Positions 9,433 to 18,305 of a stretch of DNA of 64,000 bases are shown piece after piece. Each line of letters opens with the position of its first letter. Positions within the stretch are counted from its first letter, which is position 1. The stretch is taken from positions 32,001 through 96,000 of the IMG/VR virus record IMGVR_UViG_3300021403_000004; one strand, 5' to 3'. Origin of the DNA: a virus. Its lineage: Duplodnaviria > Caudoviricetes. The translations under genes were made by a program, and so were the position numbers. The notes beneath the pieces were generated by a model. That model was not told where the DNA came from, did no database searches, and saw only the letters and a list, made by a program, of their open reading frames with translations.

Positions 9433-9448
9433 TACCGCCGCAGAACCT

Positions 9449-9867
9449 CAGCCAGCTATCGCAGGACAGCGAACTTGCCGCCAAGAGACCCTAGCCAGCC
9501 CTGGTTCCCCAGCCGGGAGCTTTTGCAGCCAAGCTACTACAGCCAGCCAACGACCTGCAGCCAAACTACCAGAGCCAGCCAAGGTACCGCAGCCTAGGGA
9601 GATCAGCCAGCCACTGAAGGCCTGCAGCCAAACTACCGGAGCCAGCCAATGCCGTGCAGCCAAGCTACTGGAGCCAGCCAACGATCTTCAGCCAACCTAC
9701 CGGAGTCAGCCAAGGACCTGCAGCCGATGATCATCAGCCAAGCTACTACAGCCAGCCAACGACCTGCAGCCAAGGATCGACAGCCAGCCAATGTTCTTGT
9801 GCAGCCATGTACTGACAGCCAGCCACGGAGCCGGTGGCACATGCAGCCAAGGTTTGTGGGCCAGCCA
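9449..9867 (+). repeat. TIGR-like dual-repeat array 5 (most regular; directly upstream of the tasA-like gene)
   Basis: ~11 units, mostly 32 nt: GCAGCCA-N9-AGCCAGCCA-N7. Confidence 0.9.
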
Positions 9868-9896
9868 AAGAAGAACAGAAGGGAAAACAAAAGAAA

Positions 9897-10793
9897 ATGA
9901 ATAAGGAGTACTGGCAGCTTCGCACTGCCGGGCGGAATTACTACGACGCCTACCGGCTCACCACCCGGATCGGCAACCGGCTGCGCGCGCTTGCCCGGGC
10001 CGGCGAGGCCTATGACATCGACCTTCATGCGCAGCTGGAAGCGGCGACTGCCATGAAGGACACCAGCGGGCGCATCCTCGTCCGCGTCTACAAGAACATC
10101 GGCCCCCTGAAGGTCCGGGAATTCCAGAAGGCCACCCTGGGCATCGGCGAGGTGTGGATGGCCCGGCTGATCGGGGAAGTGGGCGACTTCGTCACCTACA
10201 CCGAGGCGTGGTGGGAAACCCCGGATGACGCGCGCGGCCCGCTGGCCTCCGATGACTTCGATGACGACGACGATGAGCTCGGTGAAGAGGACGAGGACGA
10301 AGCGCCCCGGCCCAAGCGGGTGCTGGCAATCGGCGACGTGCGCTCCATGGGCGTCCGCGAGCTGTGGGCGTACTGCGGGCACGGTGACGCCGAGCGGCGC
10401 CGGCGCCGCAACCAGACGCAGGAGGAGGCCCTGGCTTCCGGGAACCCGGCCGCGAAGATGATCGTGCACCAGATGGCCGAGTTCGCGCTGCGCTCCAACG
10501 GGGCACCGGACAAGAACGGCAAGGCCCGCGGGCAGACCCCGTACTACCCGTGCTACGTGCGGGCCCGGGCGCACGCAGAAGAGCTGCACCCCGACTGGAA
10601 GGCCGGCCACGTCTACAAGCACGCGGTGCGGATAGTCGGCAAGGCCATCCTCAAGGACCTGTGGCGCGTCCAGCACGGCTACGAGCCCATCTACGGCGCG
10701 CACCAGGATGACTGGGTGCCGCGCCGCCCCCTGGTGCAGCCTGAGCGCACGGCACGAGCCGCCGTCCCGGGGCGCGCACCCGCTGGCGTGTAA
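9897..10793 (+). CDS. tasA: TasA-like Nop-domain RNA-binding protein (IS110 C-terminal-like, no nuclease domain)
   Basis: N-terminal coiled coil; LGIGEVWMARLIGEVGD, LWAYCG, GNPAAKMIV, HAVRIVGKAILKDLW match the IS110/Nop fold pattern; no DEDD/RuvC or HNH; flanked by dual-repeat arrays. Confidence 0.8.
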   Translation: MNKEYWQLRTAGRNYYDAYRLTTRIGNRLRALARAGEAYDIDLHAQLEAATAMKDTSGRILVRVYKNIGPLKVREFQKATLGIGEVWMARLIGEVGDFVTYTEAWWETPDDARGPLASDDFDDDDDELGEEDEDEAPRPKRVLAIGDVRSMGVRELWAYCGHGDAERRRRRNQTQEEALASGNPAAKMIVHQMAEFALRSNGAPDKNGKARGQTPYYPCYVRARAHAEELHPDWKAGHVYKHAVRIVGKAILKDLWRVQHGYEPIYGAHQDDWVPRRPLVQPERTARAAVPGRAPAGV

Positions 10794-10809
10794 AGCTCGC
10801 CACCGTTCT

Positions 10810-11032
10810 TCAGCCAGGATCCTGGAGCCAGCCAAGGTAAACGAGCAGCCAGAGAACAACAGCCAGCCCGCGAACTCGTGCAGCCATTGAAGACCAGCCA
10901 GCGTATTCGTGCAGCCATCCCCGCCCGAGCCAGCCATGGGCCGTGTGAACATGCAGCCACGCAACCAAAGAACAACAACCAGCCATTGACCATGTGACGG
11001 CTCTTAATAATCCACGCATGAGCAGCCAGCCC
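10810..11032 (+). repeat. TIGR-like dual-repeat array 6
   Basis: GCAGCCA-N9-AGCCAGCCA-N10 units downstream of the tasA-like gene. Confidence 0.85.
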
Positions 11033-11051
11033 ATCATCTGGTGAAGCAAGG

Positions 11052-11093
11052 AAAAAGCCCCGTACCGGGAAACCGGTGCGGGGCTTTTCTTTT
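11052..11093. terminator. bidirectional intrinsic terminator
   Basis: AAAAAGCCCCGTACCGG-GAAA-CCGGTGCGGGGCTTTTCTTT between convergent transcription units. Confidence 0.85.
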
Positions 11094-11121
11094 GCCTTTT
11101 TTCACGCTGCCCCTGGACGCG

Positions 11122-12108
11122 TCATGCCAGGCCCTTCACCACGGCCCAGTCGCGCAGCGCCTGCGCCGCGTGCTTGTTTCCTGCCGTGTGCATGAGCGTG
11201 GTCCACGCGCTGGTCTTGGCCCACAGCTCCTGGTCGTGCACGTCATGGAGCGCCGGGGCGGGCGGCACGGGGACTGGCGGCGCTGGAACGGGAGCTGGTG
11301 GCACCGGGACGGGAAACGGTCGGCCGGTGAGCGCAGTGTAGTCCGCGGCAAACTGGGGCAGGCTGACGCCGTCCAGGAATTCCCGGCTGTTGAGGTGCTC
11401 AGGCCAGATGACGGCCCAGCACTCCTGCACCTGCCGGCTCCAGAACGCGTCCGTGAAGCTCGTCTCCTGGGCCCACGTGATGAACGCCTCGTCGCCGCCG
11501 AGCTGCCCGGTGCCACCGGAACCATAGCCGCCGACCAGCACGGAGTGGCCGCCCTCGTCCGGTGAGCCGGGCACGTAGTCCCAGGGCTGGCCGACGCTGA
11601 ACTGGTCCTGGTTGGCGGACTGGACCACGATGCCCGTCCACACCGCGCCGAAGATGGCAATGGCGGCCTTGACCTCATCCGGGTTGGTGTAGTCGACGGC
11701 AGCGAAGCCGAGCGCCTTCACGCCGTCCGGGCCGCCGTTGGCCACCAGGTCCTCCAGCGCCGTCTGGATGTCCATGCCGTTGTCCTGCTGGGGGAAGCCC
11801 GGGTTCTGCGTGGCGTAGAACGCCCCTACCTGCGGCAATGTCGGGTAGTACTCCGTGCTGAGCACGGCCGTGACCAGGCGCCGGAAATCCGCCCATGTTA
11901 CCGCGACGCAATCGCCCGCACCTTCGGCCGGGAACCCTGCCGCGACGTTGGCGGGATCAGGCCCGTTGCCGAGCATCTGCCAGCCCTGCAGCCGCGCCAG
12001 GTAATCGGCTGCAGGCGGGTGCGCGGGGACCACGCCCGTCAGTGACCGGCTCAGCCGGACGCGCGGGCGCCGGGGGTCATTCGGGCGGCGGCCGAATTTG
12101 AGGGTCAT
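11122..12108 (-). CDS. papain-like cysteine peptidase (possible lysin)
   Basis: GDCVAV catalytic Cys, GGHSVLVGGY His, FITW; Pro-rich linker and small C-terminal domain. Confidence 0.7.
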   Translation of the reverse strand: MTLKFGRRPNDPRRPRVRLSRSLTGVVPAHPPAADYLARLQGWQMLGNGPDPANVAAGFPAEGAGDCVAVTWADFRRLVTAVLSTEYYPTLPQVGAFYATQNPGFPQQDNGMDIQTALEDLVANGGPDGVKALGFAAVDYTNPDEVKAAIAIFGAVWTGIVVQSANQDQFSVGQPWDYVPGSPDEGGHSVLVGGYGSGGTGQLGGDEAFITWAQETSFTDAFWSRQVQECWAVIWPEHLNSREFLDGVSLPQFAADYTALTGRPFPVPVPPAPVPAPPVPVPPAPALHDVHDQELWAKTSAWTTLMHTAGNKHAAQALRDWAVVKGLA

Positions 12109-12181
12109 GCATGCTCCCAGGTCCGTGGCTGGCCGGCTGATCGTCCCAGGCGGCGTATTTCACGGTATCGCATGGTGAGCG

Positions 12182-12568
12182 TCACGTGCAGGGGTGATGG
12201 CCGTGCCGGGCAAACCACTTGTTCGCCTTGAGGAACCGGCCTTCTCGCCAGAAGCCCCATGCCCGGGACTTCGGGCCAGTGAGCATCAGCGTCCAGGCCC
12301 CGTGCTCGCCCGGGATGACCGTGTGCTGGTGCAGGGCCGGGCGCACCCGGGCTGAGCCTGCCATCAGCACGTCATCGCCTGCCGGGCTGCGATCGGTGTA
12401 GCAACCGCGCAGCATGACCGTGGCGAACCACCACGGGTGATCATGGAAGGCCCGGTCATCATCCGGCTTCAGCCAGTGGTGCAGGCGCACCGAGCCAAGC
12501 CTTGCCTCCAGCTTCCACCGGATGACGTACGGGCATTGCGGCAGCCCGAGCTTCTCGGCCCAGGTCAT
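12182..12568 (-). CDS. cupin-like protein
   Basis: RLHH..DDDRAFHDHPW..LRGCY..HTV..AWTL motif; start moved to MTWAEK because the upstream part is tRNA-like. Confidence 0.7.
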   Translation of the reverse strand: MTWAEKLGLPQCPYVIRWKLEARLGSVRLHHWLKPDDDRAFHDHPWWFATVMLRGCYTDRSPAGDDVLMAGSARVRPALHQHTVIPGEHGAWTLMLTGPKSRAWGFWREGRFLKANKWFARHGHHPCT

Positions 12569-12574
12569 CGTCAG

Positions 12575-12646
12575 CACCGGGGAATGGTTTCGGGCCACTG
12601 ACCTCTGCGTAATCTGCGCAGCGCTCTTCCTCTGAGCTACCCCGGT
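12575..12646 (-). tRNA. isolated tRNA-like cloverleaf (loop CAGATTA; non-canonical T-loop)
   Basis: ACCGGGG/CCCCGGT acceptor, GCTC/GAGC D-arm, CTGCG/CGCAG anticodon stem, AGTGG-CCCGAAA-CCATT T-arm. Confidence 0.6.
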
Positions 12647-12741
12647 CCGGCGGAAGCCCCCGGACTTCGTTGGCTCCCACTCGGTCATGTCTCTTACAGT
12701 ATCATACATTCACGCCTGCACGTATCACGCAGGACCATTGT

Positions 12742-12812
12742 GGCTGGCAAGCCAATGATGGCGGCAGGTTCCTGACATGTCTCTTGTGGCTGGTAATCCG
12801 ATACTGGCTGCA
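12742..12812 (-). repeat. two TIGR-like units
   Basis: minus strand: TGCAGCCA-N9-TACCAGCCA and TGCCGCCA-N9-TGCCAGCCA. Confidence 0.55.
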
Positions 12813-12960
12813 GGGTTAGTCAGGCAGTCCCGGTGCCCTTGCAGTCCTTGCAGGGCACGAAGGTTGATGCCCCAGGCTCCAGTCCTGAGCCCCCACAGGT
12901 GGGGCAGTCTTTCCTGGTTACCCGGATCATGGTGAGGTTCATGACATGTATCTTACAGTA

Positions 12961-14042
12961 TCACAGCTGCTCTAGCCACCCGAGCAGCTTCCGGGCGTGG
13001 CTGGCGAACGTCCGGTCCGCGATGGCCACCTGCGCCTTCCGGGCCGCCTCCTCGCGCTCAGCCTCGTGCCTGCACCACCAGCGCAGCTGCTCTGCGGCGT
13101 CTTCCGGCGTCGCGAACGAGGGCAGCATCCCGAGGACCTCATCGCTTTCCGGCCGCGGGTCCCTGAGGAAAAACAACCGGGACGCTGCCATCTCCACCTC
13201 GCGCGGGCCCATTGCCCAGCCCTCGCCCGCGTGCTCTTCCTCTGATTCCCGGCGGTACAAGTTGATGCCGCACGCGGCGTGCCGGTACAGCTCAGCCGTC
13301 TCGGCATTGTCCACGCAGGCTGCGTCCTGGGACAGGTACGCGCGCAGGGGCGAGCCCTCGCCCGTTTCCTCTTTCCAGTACGAGCCGCCCAGCAGGAAGT
13401 CCAGGCCCGCGAAGCCAGGCTGGGTGACCATTGCCTCAAAGAACCGCACCCGCGATTCAAAGGCCGTGCCGATGAAGGTGAGGTCCGCGGCCAGCTCCGG
13501 GTTGACTGGCCCCGTGCGCGGGTGGTGCACGTCCGGCCGGTACGCGTGCGGGATGTAGTACGCCGGGCCAAGTTCCTGGTACCGGGCAAGGTTCACGGGG
13601 TCGTTGATGAGGTTGATGTCACCGAACGGCGCCCGGGTCAGTTGCTCCGTGTCCTGGTACGGCGATTCCGTGTGCAGAAGCACTATCTTGTGCCCTCGTG
13701 CACGGAGAAGCGCAAACGTCCCAGCTTCAACAAAAAAGGCGCTCACGAACACGATCACCTGGGGCCAGAAGGAGTAGGTGGCATGCGTGATGCCTTGCAT
13801 GGACGCGCGGATCGCTTCCAGCTGGTTCATCGCCTGCCGGACGATAGGATGCCCGGTCTCGTCCTTCTCTTCCGTGTCAATAAGGGCGCGCGAGTAGAAG
13901 TAAAGGCGGCCCTTTAAATCATTGGTGTTGTATAGCGCGACCTCGCAACCCTGCTCCCGCAGGCCGTCGGCCCATCCCCGGTATACGTCCGCAACACTGA
14001 AATCAGGGCCGTTAAACCAGGGTGTACTATCAGCACCCTCAT
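12961..14042 (-). pseudogene. GT-B glycosyltransferase (CgeB/YkvP-like) with a frameshift after codon 9
   Basis: AGGAGGTG RBS before MRVLIVHPG; the GPDFSVADVY...ESPY...DLTFIGT...INLYR..GPREVEMAA frame is offset by -1. Confidence 0.7.
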
Positions 14043-14058
14043 GTTGGCATCACCTCCT

Positions 14059-14598
14059 TCACAGCGATTTCCGCTGTTTACGCTGCAGGTACATCTTTCG
14101 GTAATGATCCTTGCGGGCACCACTTGCATTCCTGGCGTTATCCCGCGCCTGAGCGCATGCCCGGCATTCCCTCTTGCCATTTTTGCGCAGGATGGTATTA
14201 GCTTCCGTGAATTCATGCCCTTGCGGGCACTTGTTCTCGCGAACCAGGATAGCAGTCGGGTGCATCCCGCGGAGCATGTTGACTGACCGGGTCACCGGGT
14301 CGCCGTGCCAAGGGTTCACGCAGGCCCGGTTACGGCACAGGTGATCAGGTTCCAGCTCAGGATCGAACTCGCCACGGTACAGCCGCCAGGCAATCCGGTG
14401 CGCTGTCGTTGGCCGCCACTTCCCGTCTCCGCACTTAACATTGAACAGAGCGTAACCTGTCTTCTGGAAGTGCGCGCCTGACCAGGCCCAGCAAGGTCCC
14501 GGGCACAAATCCTCATCCGGTGATGGTGGCCCTGGCAGCAGCTTGGCCTCGAACCGCTTGTGCATATCCCAGGTAACCGGGATTTGAACTCGTTTCAC
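14059..14598 (-). CDS. HNH homing endonuclease
   Basis: CWAWSG..GY..AHR..DHLCRNRACVNP.H; CPQGH..RECRAC. Confidence 0.9.
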   Translation of the reverse strand: MKRVQIPVTWDMHKRFEAKLLPGPPSPDEDLCPGPCWAWSGAHFQKTGYALFNVKCGDGKWRPTTAHRIAWRLYRGEFDPELEPDHLCRNRACVNPWHGDPVTRSVNMLRGMHPTAILVRENKCPQGHEFTEANTILRKNGKRECRACAQARDNARNASGARKDHYRKMYLQRKQRKSL

Positions 14599-14703
14599 AC
14601 ACGGAGATTACCTAGTCCTGGGTGTAAAAAACAAGACTTGGCACCCCGGTTAAGCACCTGTACCCATACAGGAACGCGCCCGCGTCTTTGCGCAGGTCGT
14701 CGC

Positions 14704-15228
14704 TCACGAAGCGGGCAGCCCGAGGGCCGGAGCGACGATCGTGCGGTACCACTGGGTCGCCTGCGCGCCCCCGCGGGCGAGGTCCGTCAGGCCCTCATAG
14801 CCCTCATGCACCTCGCCGGTGAACTCGTTCTCCCAGGCCCAGCGGGCGCCCTGGCCGTCCAGCCACTGGCCCAGCTCCGCGACCAGGCGGGCGTGCAGGT
14901 CACCGCAGCCATTGCCGTCGGAGTCCCGGTAGCCGTACGGCGTGTCGAAGGAGGCCTCCAGCCAGTGCGGGAAGCAGCGCCGGTGGCGCGCGTCCTCGTC
15001 ATCAGGCTCGCAGTACCGGTGGTGGCCGCCCTCGGCAACCAGTGGCGCGTCCGTGCCATAGTGAACGTCCAGCAGCGCGAGCAGCCCCTGGCCGGGCTTG
15101 TTCCCGATGTAACCGCCCTCATCGGTGAACTTGATGCCCTCGTGAGCGCCGATGAGCCGGTTGCACGCTACCCACACGGCCCGGTAGTCCACCTTGCTGA
15201 TCACGTACACGCGTGTGTCCAGGGTCAT
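14704..15228 (-). CDS. hypothetical protein
   Basis: ATGA-coupled ORF with GC3 bias. Confidence 0.7.
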   Translation of the reverse strand: MTLDTRVYVISKVDYRAVWVACNRLIGAHEGIKFTDEGGYIGNKPGQGLLALLDVHYGTDAPLVAEGGHHRYCEPDDEDARHRRCFPHWLEASFDTPYGYRDSDGNGCGDLHARLVAELGQWLDGQGARWAWENEFTGEVHEGYEGLTDLARGGAQATQWYRTIVAPALGLPAS

Positions 15229-15497
15229 TGCACGTTCTCCTCAAACCAGGCGGCCATCTCACGGGCGCGCTCGTGAACGGCGTCCAGCTCCTGCTGCGTC
15301 CAGGCAGGCAGCTCCAGGCGCGTCACGGTGCCCGCGTCGGTGTCCAGCACCAGGACGTCACCCGGCATCACGTCGTGCAAGCCCCACCGGGCCAGCTCCA
15401 CCTCTGCCACCATGCTCACGCTGCCCTCCCGGCGCAGGTCAACAGTGGCCTCATCGCCAGTGACCTCGATCACGATGCCGTGCCAGGGCTGGCTCAC
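15225..15497 (-). CDS. hypothetical protein
   Basis: coupled ORF. Confidence 0.65.
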   Translation of the reverse strand: MSQPWHGIVIEVTGDEATVDLRREGSVSMVAEVELARWGLHDVMPGDVLVLDTDAGTVTRLELPAWTQQELDAVHERAREMAAWFEENVQ

Positions 15498-15877
15498 GAT
15501 GCCTCTTCCTCCAGCCAGCGCTCCACCCGCTCGCTCAAGATGGCGTAGCGCACGGCCATGTCCTGCCGTTCCAGTGCCGCCGCGCGGGTCTCCGGCGCCC
15601 GCGGCACGTACACCGGGACGGACGCGAACTGGCTGGCGGTGGCGTCGAGCAGCATGCCGCCGGGCAGCCGGTTCACCGTGTGCCGCATGTCCATGCCGGC
15701 GTCAACGACAAGGAACCGCACGAGGTCGCCGCCGGCATAGTCCTGGATCACCAGGGCCGATACCGTGCACTGCCCGCACGCAGGGTTCCCGGGCGTCCAC
15801 CGGTCCGGGAAGGCGCTGGTCTCCCGTATCCAGGATTGCCGCAGCGCCGCCAGGACGTCATCAAGCACGGGATTCAT
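15494..15877 (-). CDS. YunG-like protein
   Basis: W..ET...GQCTVSALVIQDY.GG.L..H..N..DATASQF. Confidence 0.6.
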   Translation of the reverse strand: MNPVLDDVLAALRQSWIRETSAFPDRWTPGNPACGQCTVSALVIQDYAGGDLVRFLVVDAGMDMRHTVNRLPGGMLLDATASQFASVPVYVPRAPETRAAALERQDMAVRYAILSERVERWLEEEAS

Positions 15878-15919
15878 GACGTTAGCATACTGCGTCAGAC
15901 TGCGCCGCGCTGTGCCGGG

Positions 15920-16345
15920 CTACAGCGCCCCTGCCTGGATCGACAGGCGGGCCCCGAAATAGGTGACCCCGGCATAGTCCACCCGCCCGTAGCTGTCAGC
16001 GGCCAGCGGCACGGCGAAGTGCACGGCGCCGCCCAGCGTCGGGTCCTCCTGGATGGCGCCGGCGATGCTGGCCGGGACGCTGTCATCCACGCCGATGCCC
16101 AGGTAGGCATCCAGCGCGCGCTGCACCTTCTCCACCGGCGCCCCGTCGCTGAGCAGCAGCAGCACCCGCAGGTTCACGGTGAAGGCGCCGTCCACGGTGG
16201 CGCCGTAGGTCACCACGGGCTGGCCGGGCAGCACCACGGCCACCGGCGGGCTGACCTGGTCACGGGCTTCCGGCAGGGCGCGCAGTCCCGTGCCCGTGGT
16301 AATCCGGGCGGCCAGGGCGGTGCGGATAGCGGCAAGGTCAGTCAC
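15920..16345 (-). CDS. tail terminator / head-tail completion protein
   Basis: IRTALA..PP.AVV..Q..LDAYL..SI..AI..DPTLGG pattern of actinophage tail terminators. Confidence 0.65.
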   Translation of the reverse strand: MTDLAAIRTALAARITTGTGLRALPEARDQVSPPVAVVLPGQPVVTYGATVDGAFTVNLRVLLLLSDGAPVEKVQRALDAYLGIGVDDSVPASIAGAIQEDPTLGGAVHFAVPLAADSYGRVDYAGVTYFGARLSIQAGAL

Positions 16346-16940
16346 AGTCAGCGCTCCCGGGATCACGGCGCGATGCTGGCTCCTGCCCGGGCTCGTGCCC
16401 TGGGGAGAACGCGCCCGCTCCTGGCGTCATCGCGGTAACATGACGGTGAATTTCCGTCAGCAGCGCGCTGGCTGCCTCGATCCGCGCCGTCATCTCATTA
16501 TTGACGGTCAGGAGCGCGTCCAGCTTTCCCGTCTCGCTGTAATGCGCGAGCGCCTGCTCTGCTGAGACCCGGTCAGCCCGCTTGGCCGCGATCAGGATCA
16601 GCGCTCCCTGCAAGCCGGCCATCATCGACAAGCACAAGTTCAGCAGGATGTACGGGTACTTATCGAACCCGTGCCCGCGCAGGAACAGTGAATTGAACGC
16701 CATCCAGGCGCCCATGAAGGCCAGGAAGCTGCCAACGAACGCCCACGACCCGAAGGCGTTTCGCATCACGTCCGCAGCGCGCTCGCCAAAAGTCAGTTCC
16801 TGCCCGGTCCGGACGTGCGGATGGCGCTTCCACAGCTCGCGCCCTGACTTCAGCCCGCGCACCAGCTGGTAATGGCGCTCAGGCAGCTCCACGCGGCCAT
16901 CCTTGATTCCTGGCAGCCACGTGCGACGACCCGTTACCAT
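16338..16940 (-). CDS. DUF1003-family membrane protein
   Basis: GERAAD..FGSWAF..FDKYPYILLNLCLS..LQGALIL. Confidence 0.85.
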   Translation of the reverse strand: MVTGRRTWLPGIKDGRVELPERHYQLVRGLKSGRELWKRHPHVRTGQELTFGERAADVMRNAFGSWAFVGSFLAFMGAWMAFNSLFLRGHGFDKYPYILLNLCLSMMAGLQGALILIAAKRADRVSAEQALAHYSETGKLDALLTVNNEMTARIEAASALLTEIHRHVTAMTPGAGAFSPGHEPGQEPASRRDPGSADCD

Positions 16941-17208
16941 GAGCTTTACCGTACGCTACAGCAGTCATTCACGCCGCCTTCATGATCATCGCGTAGATCA
17001 CGGTCGACACCAGCTCCATGGACTGCTCCGTGGTGAAGCCTGCCATCACCCAGGCCAGGTACATCTCGTGCTGGGCCACGGCGGACGCCTGCAGCATCGT
17101 CAGCGGGTCAGGAACGTCGTCAGCCACGAGCTGATACTATACTGCGAGAGACGACTGGCCTGCGCCCGCCTTCCCGGCTCTCTTCGCTGAAGGCCAGTCG
17201 TCTCCTTT

Positions 17209-17330
17209 GCAGCCATTGATCCAAGGCCAGCCAACACGATCGTGCCGCCAGGGACATGTCGCAGTTCTCTTGCCTCTGCGCGCAGGCGAAGCCAGCCATG
17301 CCTGTTCAGCCGTTGACCCAGGGCCAGCCA
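17209..17330 (+). repeat. TIGR-like mini-array, antisense to flanking genes
   Basis: GCAGCCA-N9-GGCCAGCCA units; TATACT at 17138 upstream. Confidence 0.65.
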
Positions 17331-17338
17331 TTGTGGCA

Positions 17339-17986
17339 CTAGGCCGCCCACTCCAGTGCCCACGCCTCATCCGGCACCCCGGTCCAGGGCATCACGCGCC
17401 CCCAGCTGACCATCCCCCGCGGGTGGGACAGCACGGCATGGCGCGCGTGCGGCAGGCTGACGCCGACGACGAGGCCAGGCACGATCATGGCCTCGTCAGC
17501 GCGCCTGGCCGACACCAGGCGCACATCTGCCCTAGGTGACCAAGCCAGCAGCACGTCCAGCACGTCAGCGATGCCGGCGCCGTCCTCGCCCCCGGCCATC
17601 GCGTGCAGCCGCGCGACCTCCTGCGCAGTCAGCGCCAGGCCCGTGACGGCCAGCAGGTGGTTGGCCACTGCCGTGGCCGCGCACGTGGGCGCCTCGTCAT
17701 TGCAGCCCAGCAGCCACCAGCCGGGCAGGACCGCAGGCTGGACGGGAGCGACGGCCGCGGCCTTCTGCACCGGGACCTTGCCCTGGCGCTTGGCCGCCTG
17801 CGCTGCCCGGCCCGCCGCGGCCCACTTCAGCGCCGCCTGCTTCTGGGCAGCGGACGGCTTCTTGCCCCGGGCCCGGGCGGTAGCCTGCGCCTTACGGCCG
17901 GCAGCGGCGAACTTCTTCCCGGCGGCCACTTGCGCAGGCGTGCGGCCGGCATGCGCGGCAAGCGGGGCCTTCGGGGCCTTGGCCAT
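17339..17986 (-). CDS. hypothetical protein with Lys/Ala-rich N-terminus
   Basis: CAGGAGG RBS; basic repeats followed by a Cys/His peptidase-like remnant. Confidence 0.65.
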   Translation of the reverse strand: MAKAPKAPLAAHAGRTPAQVAAGKKFAAAGRKAQATARARGKKPSAAQKQAALKWAAAGRAAQAAKRQGKVPVQKAAAVAPVQPAVLPGWWLLGCNDEAPTCAATAVANHLLAVTGLALTAQEVARLHAMAGGEDGAGIADVLDVLLAWSPRADVRLVSARRADEAMIVPGLVVGVSLPHARHAVLSHPRGMVSWGRVMPWTGVPDEAWALEWAA

Positions 17987-18000
17987 CGTGACCTCCTGGG

Positions 18001-18261
18001 CTAAACGGTATCCCTGGCAGCGTGCGCATAGAAGTACCCGCACCAGAAATGCGCGAATGCCCGGTCTTCGTCGCCCAGTTCACTGTGGTAGATGACAGCC
18101 TGCGCTTCGGCAATCCCGTCCTTGTTGACCGTGACGCTGCCGTCGCCTCCCCGCAAGACCAGCGGGACGCGCATGACCTCGCGCTCAGTGCCCTCCTCGA
18201 ACACGATCACGTCGTCGCCCGCGTGCTGGGCAAGGTAGCGCCCGCTTGGCAGCCGTGCCAT
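18001..18261 (-). CDS. hypothetical protein
   Basis: AAGGAGG RBS, TATACT upstream. Confidence 0.7.
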   Translation of the reverse strand: MARLPSGRYLAQHAGDDVIVFEEGTEREVMRVPLVLRGGDGSVTVNKDGIAEAQAVIYHSELGDEDRAFAHFWCGYFYAHAARDTV

Positions 18262-18305
18262 GTGCCCTCCTTCTTGCTGTATGCTGCAGTATAACGGCCG
18301 CAGGT

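Noticed and set aside
9449-9867. CRISPR array
   Set aside because: Repeats are 7-9 nt and alternate between two types with 7-10-nt spacers; no cas genes in the window.
9525-9867. Fixed overlap rule joining spacer A and revcomp(spacer B) into one target
   Set aside because: A 1-nt overlap matched in only about half of the units checked by hand, as expected by chance.
9897-10793. IS110/IS116 transposase or its pseudogene
   Set aside because: No N-terminal DEDD domain and no catalytic Ser motif; intact ORF with its own start and flanking arrays.
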